Of a DNA stretch of 64,000 nt, positions 25,885 through 37,153 are shown one piece after another. Under the pieces are notes generated by a model. It ran no database searches. It saw nothing but the letters and a program-made list of their open reading frames with translations, and had not been told where the DNA came from. The translations under genes and the position numbers were made by a program. The DNA lies in NCBI GenBank assembly GCA_951406725.2, contig OX597831.1, positions 68,882,001 to 68,946,000 of the forward strand, written 5' to 3'. The DNA is from Octopus vulgaris. Lineage: Eukaryota. Each line of letters begins with the position of its first letter. Positions within the stretch are counted from its first letter, which is position 1.

Positions 25885-27165
25885 ACACTCTGCTACACAA
25901 AATGCACAAGAGATGATGCCGTATATCACATTGGTAGATGAGGGTCACCTCTGTGACCATGCATTTGGCTGAGTAGGCCAAGCCTTTGAGAACCACACTA
26001 ATCACACAAAAGAGCTCTATCATGCTCTGCTCCAGAAGGGGGTTAACATATCCCCTATATTTATCAGCACGTTTCACCACAGCATATGCAACTCTGTTGC
26101 CCCTTAACACCAATAGCAATCAGATTCCTCCACAGCTCCCTATTTGATGCAAGATCTTCCCAGGTGCTAGTATCAATATTGATATTTTTTACGTGTGTTT
26201 TTAAGATTCTCATTGAAACCCTTGCATGGCTTGCTCTAGAGACATTTTCCTTGCTCTACCTTACCATACAACATCTGTTTGGACATGTGAGTGTCCCCTA
26301 AAAGGACAAGATGATCAGACCATCTAAGTTGGTGTTTCATAATCAACAATGGGATACTCGTAATTTTTGCCAACAGCAGCACTCTCGCATCAGACACATG
26401 AGATCATTATGATACTGTGCAGGCATTGCTGGTGGACCCACTTGAGATGGTGGATATGCTTGTGGTTGGTTGTCCAGGTCTCACATCCATATAATAACAC
26501 TTTTAAGACACATGCTTGATAAACTTCAACTTTCATAATTCCTTTGATGTCTGGTTGCAACCAAAGCCTTGATTCAAGCTTTAGAAATGCATCAAATCTT
26601 CAATTGACTTCCTTGTCAAATGTATTAAATCTAGATAATGTGCTGCCAAAGTAGACAAATGTATCCATGACTTCTAAATGTTTACACTTGATGTATATCG
26701 ATCGTAAGTTATATGGCTTGCCTGGTGCTTGTAGCATGATTATGGTCTTCTTAAGACGGATCTTTTCGGTTTGAACGTCAGTTTTTAACATAATTTCTAA
26801 GTAACTAAAAAATTTTTAACTTCGTATACTGGTAGAACGTGTTTATAAAACATCTTTTTCTCTTGGCTTTATTGAGAAAATTCTATAGTTTGTAAGATAT
26901 TTGTTGTTTAAAGTTCACATTCGTTACACATGATAGAAAAGCAGTTCATCATGAGCTGCAGATCTTCCTCAGTGTGGGTTACAAGATCACAATCATCAGC
27001 ATAAAGGAGATCAGGAATAAGAGCCATGAAAGTTTTTGTTACTACAATAAAATAACATGTTGAAAAGCTTTCCTGTTATGTGGAAATGGGTGTAAATATC
27101 AGCCTCACTATGTACAAAAGCTTTCGAGATAACAATAGCAAAGAAAATGGCAAACAATGTAGGAG
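25885..27165 (-). mobile_element. RTE (BovB-like) LINE RT relic
   Basis: PTLFAIFF...LLYADDCD (~26990-27010)...VMDTFVYFGSTLS...LRWSDH. Confidence 0.8.
26758..26908 (-). mobile_element. Truncated Merlin-like MITE inside the RTE relic
   Basis: Single TIR GGATCTTTTCGGTTTGAACG. Confidence 0.8.
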
Positions 27166-27260
27166 TATATATGATGCAATGGCAATTCTTCACGTCTGAA
27201 GATCAAGAGATCATGAGGAAGAGTAGCAATCCCTAAAGAGTCTATGAAAATGAATCAATG

Positions 27261-27385
27261 GGCTCTAGTGCCCTTGGGGCAAATACGTAGGCTCTGGTGC
27301 TCTTGGGGAAAATACGTAGGCTCTGGTGCTCTTGGGGCAAATACGTGGGCTCTGGTGCTTTTGGGGCAAATACGTAGGCTCTGGT
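27261..27385. repeat. 29-bp tandem repeat x ~4.3
   Basis: ggctctggtgctcttggggcaaatacgta. Confidence 0.9.
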
Positions 27386-27696
27386 CAGTTGGAGATCATG
27401 ACAATAACTCTTTCCTTCTTTGATGTTTCTCAACCACAGCAGTGGCTCTGCTCTTCTCAAAATTACTTGTAGCAGTTTGGATGCAATCTTGTTTCCTCCC
27501 TCTTTGTGCTGTAATTCCCTTCCACTCTGTAAGGTTTACCTTGCCTGGAAGAACTGTCATTTCAGTGGGTCTCTGAAACATTTCTGAGTTGATGGGGTCC
27601 TGATTATTATAGAATATGTCCTTCTGCATTCTGGATTTGGCTGTGTGTGAAATGTGGCCTGCCCATCTGAGCTGTCTGAGTAGCAATATAGTTTCA

Positions 27697-27924
27697 GCGG
27701 TGAGCTGGCAGAAATGTTAGCTCGCCGGGCGAAATACTTAGCGATATTTCATCTGTCGTTACGTTCTGAGTTCAAATTCCGCCGAGGTCGACTTTGCCTT
27801 TCATCCTCTCGGGGTCGATAAATAAAGTACCAGTTTCTCACTGGGTCGATGTAATCGTCTAAATCCCTTTGTCTGTCCTGTTTGTCCCCTCTATGTTTAG
27901 CCCCTTGTGGGTAGTAAAGAAATA
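27697..27924 (+). mobile_element. SINE family B
   Basis: 12-bp TSD AATATAGTTTCA. Confidence 0.9.
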
Positions 27925-28329
27925 AATATAGTTTCACTGCTCAGAACACTGCCCTGCTGGATGACTTTGTAGTTAGTGATGTATTTCTCCCATGAAGTAT
28001 CCATGACAGAGTGAAGGCATCTCTGGTGGAAGTGTTCTAGTAACTTGAGCTGCCTCCTGCACAGCACCCAAGCTTTTGGCCCATGGGGGAGAGTAGTGAT
28101 GACAACTGCCTAGTTGACTTGTAGACTCAGATCCTGGTAGACGGTTGCAGCGTGTGGCTCTGCTATACATACATTTGTTTTTCATTTGTCGAATAGCATT
28201 TAGAATTAAACTGTGAGCTCTGGCAGTTTAAACAGGGACAAAGTGAAAATATAAGTTACACGTGTGCAATTATTACAAACCATCTTTTGAAGGCAACATT
28301 TACAGTTTCTGTTGCTGTAGTTGCTTCAT

Positions 28330-28473
28330 CGTCGTCATCATCATCAGCAGCAGCAGCATCACTGCTGCCACTTTGCTGACTCTGCCACCACCACCACCAC
28401 CACCACCACCACCACCACCACCACCATCACCACCACCACCACCACCACCACCACCACCACCACCACCACCACC

Positions 28474-28504
<31 letters not shown>

Positions 28505-28610
28505 CCACCACCACCACCATCACCACCACCACCAACAACACCACCATCACCACCACCACACCACCACTACCACCACCACCACCACCAACAACACCACCAT
28601 CACCACCACC

Positions 28611-28641
<31 letters not shown>

Positions 28642-28722
28642 CCACCACCACCACCACCACCACCACCACACCAACAACAACACCACCACACCACCAACAA
28701 CACCACCATCACCACCACCACC

Positions 28723-28783
<61 letters not shown>

Positions 28784-28787
28784 CTGC

Positions 28788-28818
<31 letters not shown>

Positions 28819-28820
28819 GT
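28330..28820. repeat. (CAC/CAA/CAT)n trinucleotide tract
   Basis: Direct reading. Confidence 0.95.
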
Positions 28821-29299
28821 CTTTGAGAGTGGTTTCTTGAGACTCCAGGAGCCGTGAAATGCAGCATTATAAATTTAATAAGCCATTTTGTACATTTGAA
28901 AACTACAGATGGTTCTTAGAATGATTGGTCATTTTTTATACAGCCGCATCTCTTTACATCTAGGACTATCAGAGCTGGTTTCATGAATAACAACAAAAAC
29001 AACTTGATCTTGTTAACACATTCCATCATTGTTTTTGCAGTTTGGTATCACTTACTCTATCCTTTTGCTTGTTAATATTCGGTGGCAGGGTGAGGGACAT
29101 TTTGATACTACACAAATCTGAAAAGGAATATATTTACCTTGTCAGAAGGCACTCAGAAACCTAAAATTACCTGGGATTCCAACTCGGAACACCTGTGTGG
29201 TCAATGAATAAACTTAGCAATGTTTGATTGAACATATTACCATTGTCTTATTTCTAAATTATTTGTGTTAATTGTTTTATATCTTGTCTATGCTATAAC

Positions 29300-29415
29300 T
29301 TCTCATTCCATTTCCTTTCAGGTAAGTTCTCCAGTTGATAGCATTAACAACTGGAATCCTTGTTCTTTGGATTACAAACATTACTGATGCAGCAAGATGA
29401 AAAATACGAGTGAGT
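29300..29415 (+). promoter_or_regulatory. Candidate recursive splice site and 88-nt RS-exon (or small non-coding exon)
   Basis: About 100 nt AG-free, then polypyrimidine tttcctttcAG|GTAAGT; downstream donor GA|GTGAGT at 29410. Confidence 0.45.
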
Positions 29416-29831
29416 GACATTATTTCATTTCCTAAGCCTCAAAAATTGTACTTAAAAAAAATCATTGACAAAAAAAAAAAAGAAAAAAACAAGATGCATT
29501 TTATAACAGACATTGTCAAATCCTATTGCTAAGCAAAGTCTGAACTTTAGATGTTCAGGCAGTGGACATTGAAAGCAGGGCATACACACATATGCAATTT
29601 CTTTTAGTAATAAGAAATATTACTGTTTGAAAATGCTAGAATTGGTTTTCTGCATATGACGCCTATGATAGAACAATAATATATTCTGAAGCAATTAAAA
29701 GTTGCTGGAACAACAATACTATTGAAAACAAAGTTAATATTTAATTCAATTTTAATTTAATATAACAACCTGCTAAAAAAATTCAACCAAAGTCAAATAG
29801 ATACTTATGTGACATATGTTTATTTCCTTAA

Positions 29832-30277
29832 AGGCAGCAAGCTGGCAGAATTGTTAGCATGCCGGGCAAAATGCTTAGTGGTATTTCATCTGTCTTTATG
29901 TTCTGAGTTCAAATTCCACTGAGGTCAACTTTGCCTTTCATCCTTTCAGGGTCAATAAATTAAGCACCAGTTGTGTACTGGGGTCAATCTAATTGACTGG
30001 CCCGCTCCCCTAAAATTTTGGGCCTTTTGCCTAGAATAGAAAAGATTATATTTATTTCTTTACTGCACACGGGGGTGGGAGGTGGGGCTAAACATACAGG
30101 GAACAAACAAGGACAGACAAGGGGATTAAATTGATTACATCAACCCCAGTGCATAACTGATACTTATTTAATAGACCCCGATAGGATGAAAGGCAAAGTC
30201 GACCTCGGCAGTATTTGAACTCAGAATGTAATGGCTAACCATTTTGCCTGGTGTGCTAATGATTCTGCCAGCTCACT
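29832..30277. mobile_element. Tail-to-tail inverted pair of family B SINEs
   Basis: (+) 29832-30048 and (-) 30050-30277. Confidence 0.85.
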
Positions 30278-30689
30278 TATATGATATATTATACTGCACT
30301 GAAATGGCTAATCTGCTGTTACCTAACTCATTTCAAGTATTAGATGCATTATACACTTAGTGATTTGCTAAAACTGGTATAATTACCAAATACTTGTTTG
30401 AAATACTGAAATTTTGTTACTTTTTATTTTGGGATAAATTTTTATCTATGCTGAAACATCTGTCTGTCTGTCTGTCTGTCTATCTTCTGTAATTGTGTGC
30501 ATGTGACAGATAGATGAACATGATTTTTGGTGAAGTAAGTTGTTCAATACAAAATAGCAAACTTAAATTTAAGCTAAATGTTTTTAAAGTTTTCACGATA
30601 CAGTAGATACCAAGAAAACTGGCACAAACAATTGAGCTAAAATTAATATGCTCAGCATATACCATACACAACAAATACAATTGTTAAGA

Positions 30690-30888
30690 TGGCAAGTAGG
30701 CAGAACTGCTAGTATGCTTAGAAGCATTTTGTCCATCTTTTTATTCTGAGTTCAAATTCCATCAAAGTCAGCTTTGCCTTTCACCCTTTCAGGGCTGATA
30801 CAATAAGTACCAGTTGAGCCCTGAGGTCAATGTAATTGACTTAGCCCTCTCCTAAAATTGCTGGCCTTGTGCCAAAATTTGAAACCAG
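30690..30888 (+). mobile_element. SINE family B, diverged
   Basis: Family motifs. Confidence 0.75.
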
Positions 30889-31015
30889 TTAAGTACAACT
30901 GTCTCTCCTTATGCATACACACACATGTGTGTCTCATTTTCATTAAATGTAATAGAAATTTTGAATTCATTTAATACAAGATACAATTTTGAGTGAAAAT
31001 GCTTAAGCAGTTAAA

Positions 31016-31582
31016 GGTGCAGGAGTGGGTGTGTGGTAAGTAGCTTGTTTACCAACCACATGGTTCCGGGTTCAGTCCCACTGCATGGCACCTTGGGCAA
31101 GTGTCTTCTAACTATAGCCTCAGGCCGGCTGACCAAAGCCTTGTGAGTGGATTTGGTAGACGGAAACTGAAAAGAAGCCCAAGACGCAGGAGTGGCTGTG
31201 TGGTAAGTAGCTTGCTAACTAGCCTCATGGGTCTCGGTTCAGTCCCACTGCGTGGCATCTTGGGCAAATGTCTTCTGCTATAGCCCCGGGCTGACCAATG
31301 CCTTGTGAGTGGATTTGGTAGACGGAAACTGAAAGAAGCCTGTTGTATATATGTATATATATATGTATGTGTGTGTTTGTGTGTCTGTGTTTGTCTCCCT
31401 AGCATTGCTTGACAACCGATGCTGGTGTGTTTACGTCCCCGTCACTTAGCAGTTCAGCAAAAGGGACCAATAGAATAAGTACTGGGCTTACAAAGAATAA
31501 GTCCCGGGGTCGATTTGCTCGATTAAAGGCGGTGCTCCAGCAAGGCCGCAGTCAAATGACTGAAACAAGTAAAAAAAAGAGT
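31016..31582 (+). mobile_element. SINE family A head-dimer (5' half followed by a full copy)
   Basis: Two tRNA heads at 31016 and 31183. Confidence 0.9.
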
Positions 31583-31880
31583 ATAGTGATCAGCTGATGT
31601 GGTTTTGATGGAATTCACTGTTGGTAAGTTGATGTATTTCCTGGAAAGACCAGTTATTCTATTTGCTCCAATTAGATGTGGAGAATAGGTAGCTGACTCT
31701 TGGCAATTATGTTTAAACTTTATGAAATGGTAGTTCAAAATTATTCCTGTATGACTGAAAAGATTGCTGAAACCTACAGTGTTTTAACAAGAGTTTTAAC
31801 ATCATTACTATTAATGAAAATAACAGTCTTTGGTTGTCTTCTAGGATTTGTTTAATATCTTAATTTGTTATTGGCTTATA

Positions 31881-31919
<39 letters not shown>

Positions 31920-32189
31920 TTAATAAGGGTGAGAGAATTAGATACTAATTTAATAGTATATTTATTCAACACCAAGTGGCCTAGTGCTCCGAGAAACCTG
32001 GATTATTATAATATTTTATAACATATTATAATATTTTTACAAAATAAATATAAGAGAGTGGTCACTATATTGCTCACTCTAGCACCAGTTAATCCAAAAG
32101 GTTTCAACCACGAAAATACATGTTTCCCATGAAAGTCAGTACGATTGTTAGCTCACACGGACAGGGCAAATAAAAAATAACAAAAATAC

Positions 32190-32284
32190 AGATTATTTTG
32201 GGACAATTGTTTCGCTATTAATGAATTAAATGTAATTTTACTTACAAAAAAAATCCATTTGTAGCTCGTCAGCCAAAACTATCT
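32190..32284 (-). ncRNA. Type I hammerhead ribozyme, intact core, copy 1
   Basis: agatagttttgg-CTGACGA-GCTA(44 nt)TAGC-GAAA-C(aatt)GTC-ccaaaataatct. Confidence 0.85.
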
Positions 32285-32725
32285 GGATGAAATCCACTCA
32301 ATCACACGCCAGATTTTACCATAACGATAAATACGCGTGTGGTTCAATTGATTACATCCGACGCTATAATTCAAATGCCCCAACCAACAGCGCGCCAAAC
32401 TTTCACGGAAAACAAATACAGCATTTAGAAATAAATGCAGCATAATTATAATTAATTAATAAGGGTGAGAGAATTAGATACTAATTTAATAGTATATTTA
32501 TTCAACACCAAGTGGCCTAGTGCTCCGAGAAACCTGGATTATTATAATATTTTATAACATATTATAATATTTTTACAAAATAAATATAAGAGAGTGGTCA
32601 CTATATTGCTCACTCTAGCACCAGTTAATCCAAAAGGTTTCAACCACGAAAATACATGTTTCCCATGAAAGTCAGTACGATTGTTAGCTCACACGGACAG
32701 GGCAAATAAAAAATAACAAAAATAC

Positions 32726-32820
32726 AGATTATTTTGGGACAATTGTTTCGCTATTAATGAATTAAATGTAATTTTACTTACAAAAAAAATCCATTTGTAG
32801 CTCGTCAGCCAAAACTATCT
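32726..32820 (-). ncRNA. Type I hammerhead ribozyme, intact core, copy 2
   Basis: Identical to 32190-32284. Confidence 0.85.
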
Positions 32821-33044
32821 GGATGAAATCCACTCAATCACACGCCAGATTTTACCATAACGATAAATACGCGTGTGGTTCAATTGATTACATCCGACGT
32901 TATAATTCAAATGCCCCAACCAACAGCGCGCCAAACTTTCACGGAAAACAAATACAGCATTTAGAAATAAATGCAGCATAATTATAATTAATTAATAAGG
33001 GTGAGAGAATTAGATACTAATTTAATAGTATATTTATTCAACAA

Positions 33045-33321
33045 TAGCAATTAAGGACAACTTCTTAATAAGGAAAACTTAACAAGAAATTATCGGGTAG
33101 ATAGCGTGAAAAACCTCATAAAAGAAAAATTTCGAAAATAATTCTTTCTTATTGAACATATTAATTTATATATTTATATATAATGCCCTCTATATATAAA
33201 TTAATATGTTCAATAAGAAAGAATTATTTTCGAAATTTTTTCTTTTATGAGGTTTTTCACGCTATCTACCCGATAATTTCTTGTTAAGTTTTCCTTATTA
33301 AGAAGTTGTCCTTAATTGCTA
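33045..33321. repeat. Near-perfect foldback, ~129-bp arms, 18-nt spacer
   Basis: 33045-33173 is the reverse complement of 33192-33321. Confidence 0.9.
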
Positions 33322-34050
33322 AATTTTTATTCCGAGAAAACTTTTCCTTTCCCGAAATGCAATTCGTAAAAGTCTGCCATTTACCGGATGTAATATATGT
33401 AAACCCACCCATGTGCTTCGTTGAAGTTGATCAGATAGTTGCTCGGCTTAGACGAGTTGGGTTCGTTTATTTATAATACGTCCAGACTTGCTGATGTATA
33501 CAGAGGTATGAAATCACAGGTGATACAAGTCCATATTTTTAAATGTCTTACTTTGAAAAATTGCATTCGGTGGGATTAGTAAAATTTTTGGTAGAAATGA
33601 CTAATTTTGTCCCTCTTAGCGTGTGGCATGTATCTCATTATAAAAGGCAGATTTTATCTGCCTCCCTTTGGGAGTTATACAAATCTACAATATAGGATTT
33701 CTTCAATTACAATTTACCTAGCATTTTTAAGAGTACAATGCATTGCGTCATGCCAGGTCCAGTTTTTAAAATTTAAACTCCAATTAAGCAAAATTTCCAG
33801 AAAACTCACATTCTGGTGTGTGTGTCAAATGCTTTTCTTAGTCTGGTTTACACCACACGCAAACGCACACACACAGTGGGCAACGAATAAAATGAAAGTA
33901 ATTGACTTACTGTAGTGAGTGATTCTTTCACTCTGCCTCCCACTTCCTCTTTCCACACATAGACACGCAAATATATAAATAAAATTGTAAGCTAACGTGC
34001 GTGTGTGTGAGTGGGTGTGTGTGGGTGTGCGCGTGTGTGTGTGTGTGAGG

Positions 34051-34081
<31 letters not shown>

Positions 34082-34150
34082 CGTATGCGTGAGTGTGTGA
34101 CAGGAAAGTTTTTTACGACGAATATAACACCTATATCCAAGTAGCAGAAA

Positions 34151-34420
34151 GATAAGACAGTAAGGTGTGATTTGAGGGAGATTTGGCTGCTATTTCTACC
34201 ATGTCTAGCTGCCATGTAGGGGTCTCCCTCATAGGCTCATACATACATATATACATAGATAAGACAGTAAGGTGTGATTTGGGGGAAATTTGGCTGCTAT
34301 TTCTACTAGGTCTAGCTGCCATGTAGGGGTCTCCCTCATAGGCTCATACATACATATATACATAGATAAGACAGTAAGGTGTGATTTGAGGGAGATTTGG
34401 CTGCTGTTTCTACCAGGTCT
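34151..34420. repeat. 107-bp tandem repeat x ~2.5
   Basis: gataagacagtaagg at 34151, 34258 and 34365. Confidence 0.9.
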
Positions 34421-34489
34421 GTTAGGCCTTCTCATGTAAACTCAAGCTTTCTCATACCTTGAACATAAGACCAAAGCAGAGAATGTATT

Positions 34490-34780
34490 CTTTTATTCTT
34501 CTGCTTTTACCAGCCATTGGTCTGTGGCCATGCTGGGGCAATGCCTTGAAGAATTGTAGTTTAATGAATCAACTCCAGTTTTATTTTTGTAAGCATTGTA
34601 CTTATTCTATCTGTTTCCTTTGTCAAACCACTAGGTGACAGGGATGTAAACAAACCAACATTCGTTGTCAAGCAGTGGTGGAGGACAATCACAAGCACAG
34701 ACACGCACACACACACACATACATGCATACACATATACACACATACATACATACATATATATATATGTGTGTATATATAT
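34490..34780 (-). mobile_element. SINE family A, 3' half
   Basis: Family motifs. Confidence 0.75.
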
Positions 34781-34781
34781 A

Positions 34782-35040
34782 TTGCAGCGTGGAAGGTGTT
34801 TGTAAGCCATTTAAGAAACACACAAAAACCGTTACATTCACTTCAACATTTAAATTTAATTTGCCAAAATATTTTCGTCGCTTTCAGACCGCGACCTGTT
34901 CACTGACAAAAATATCGTGCTAACAGGTCGCGGTCTCAAAGCGACGAAAATATTTTGACAAATTAAATTTAAATGTTGAAGTGAATCTAACGGTTTTTGT
35001 GTGTTTCTTAAATGGCTTATAAATACCTTCAACGCTGCAA
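34782..35040. repeat. Foldback, 119-bp arms, 21-nt spacer
   Basis: 34782-34900 versus 34922-35040, with a few mismatches. Confidence 0.9.
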
Positions 35041-35198
35041 CTGTTTTCGTTCCAGCACACGATCTCAGATCAAGTCACTTGGTATGCAAGTACATCTCTG
35101 TAACTATATATATATTTATATATATATATATATATTGGTAAAAACAGTAAGATAACAAAAGAAAGAAAGAGACCTCAATATTATGTAAATAGAGGAAA

Positions 35199-35592
35199 TC
35201 TTTATATATAAAAGTGAGGTTGTGTGTCTGTCTCCTACGATTTAGATTCCTAACTACTCCCACATTTTGCGGTGCAGTTTAACCAAAACTGGGTATCTTA
35301 TAGTCGTGATTCATATCGAGACCGTCTGGGTATTAGCGCGCGTCTACGATGAGTCTACGATTTAAAAAAAAATTTACCATCAATTTTTCCCATTTTTAAT
35401 CCATTTTTGACATATATAAGGGAAGTAACTCTCTAAAATTTATTATTAAATCTCAGAACGTAAAAAGCTACAGTAACACCCTCCCCCTTTGTGGTTAGCC
35501 ATATTGAGATGGCTATTATACTTTACATCTCTAAAAATGCTTATATAATTATTTCCCTTACAAACCCGAGCAACGCCGGGCGATACTGCTAG
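35199..35592 (+). mobile_element. Non-autonomous Helitron
   Basis: A|TCtttatatataaa ... hairpin cccgagcaacgccggg ... CTAG|T; no TSD. Confidence 0.9.
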
Positions 35593-35609
35593 TGTATAAT
35601 AATGCCCTC

Positions 35610-35669
<60 letters not shown>

Positions 35670-35690
35670 TACTTGGAGAAAAGAATAAAT

Positions 35691-35722
<32 letters not shown>

Positions 35723-35724
<2 letters not shown>

Positions 35725-36020
35725 TGTGATCAACCAGGCTATCAGATGTTGCTACACATCGCTGGTAACAGTGCGCTTCTCATTGTTTTAGCCTTCAAAT
35801 GACACCACCTCACTGGCTAAGTGAGCAGGCCTACAGAAGAAAGAGTGAGAGAAAGTTGCGGCGAAAGAGTACAGCAGGGATCGCCCCCCCCCCTGCCGGA
35901 GCCTTGTGGGGCTTTAGGTGTTTTCGCTCAATATACTCTCACAACGCCTGGTCTGGGAATTGAAACCGCAATCCTATGACCACGAGTCCACTGCCCTAAC
36001 CACTGGGCCACTGCGCCTCC
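35723..36020 (-). mobile_element. SINE family D
   Basis: tRNA head ggaggcgcagtggcccagtggttagggcag on the minus strand. Confidence 0.85.
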
Positions 36021-36733
36021 ACACATATATATATATGTATATAGATATAAATCACTACACATGTATGTGTTTTTGTGTGTATTTGTGTGTATGGGGTCAT
36101 GTGTAGATCATGAACATACATATACAGACACACATGAGTTTGTATTTTTGTGGGTGTGTGTATGTTTGTGATCTACATCAGATGTTGATTGTTATTTAAT
36201 ATTCTATTTTACTTGCTTGTATATAAGGATGTATATGTATGCATTTGTTTTGCATGGCATTTAGCCGGTATTTAGGATTCCCTGCACATCCTTATATATT
36301 GAAAGAGAAAACTTCAAAGAAAACTCATGTTCAAGATTCCTTTCACTCATCTTTATTTACAGAAACATCATAGAGTACATAGAGATAAAACAAAACTGGA
36401 GATGTTATTCATAAATTATTTAATATTATCCCACATGCATTTCATGAACAAAAATATTTGTTAGTTTAGCAAAACACCTTTTCAGTAGATGACATTATCA
36501 AATCATCAGAGACTGCATAATGAAAGAAAACAACCTTTAAGATATATAATGGTCATTAGACAGTGTTATGGTATCAATGACCATAAGTGTTGGGTTAAAA
36601 TGTCTTAAACAATTAAAAATTAGTTGAAAAGGAGAATTTTTCATTATAATAGTGGAAAAAGGAGAAGAAATTTTTGCTTCCAGTTTATCAGACCTGGGCC
36701 TCTGCATAATGAAATAAGTATATAAAAAATAAA

Positions 36734-37153
36734 GGATCTTTTTGGTTTGAACGGCAGTTTTTAACATAATATTCTAGGTAACTAAAAAATGTTAAACTTC
36801 GTATACTGGTAGAATGTGTTTATAAAACATCTTTTTCTCTTGGCTTTATTGAGAAAATTCTATAGTTTGGAAGATATTTGTTGTTTTTTTTTTCTTCAAT
36901 TTCTGCAATTTCAACCACTCAATAACATCCATTAGGTAAAAAACATTCTGTGCCATATGAATATGTCCCTTGTTTAAGAAATAGATTGGGTTTATTTACA
37001 TTTGTGAAGAAAAAAAAGATACCCTTCTCCCCACCTCTAACCCTAACCCTAAAACAGATTGAAATGCAATAGATCGATACTAGGGTCATAATTATGGGTG
37101 ACAATTTCATATGACACCACTAGAAAAAACTGCCGTTCAAACCGAAAAGATCC
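36734..37153 (-). mobile_element. Merlin-like MITE with CCCTAA repeats
   Basis: Both TIRs present; TSD not preserved. Confidence 0.85.

Larger units (their letters stand above)
27240..28190 (-). mobile_element. Second RTE LINE 3' relic
   Basis: LLRQLRWAGHI...SRMQKDIFY; interrupted by a family B SINE. Confidence 0.7.
31911..33043 (-). mobile_element. 536-bp tandem repeat (2.1 units), one hammerhead per unit; retrozyme/PLE pLTR-like
   Basis: Landmark aagggtgagag at 31925, 32461 and 32997; only one substitution noticed between units; starts in (TA)n. Confidence 0.85.

Noticed and set aside
28262-28857. Poly-Pro/His/Thr ORFs resembling extensin or mucin
   Set aside because: (CAC)n tract open in several frames; no domain or splice context
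29335-29400. Signal-peptide-like frame LIALTTGILVLWITNITDAAR
   Set aside because: Bounded by TAA and TGA with no ATG; it would need the weak inner AG acceptor, so it cannot be supported as CDS
31016-31090. tRNA genes at SINE heads (also the GGTTCAAATCC at ~24215)
   Set aside because: A/B boxes continue into SINE bodies; no complete cloverleaf seen
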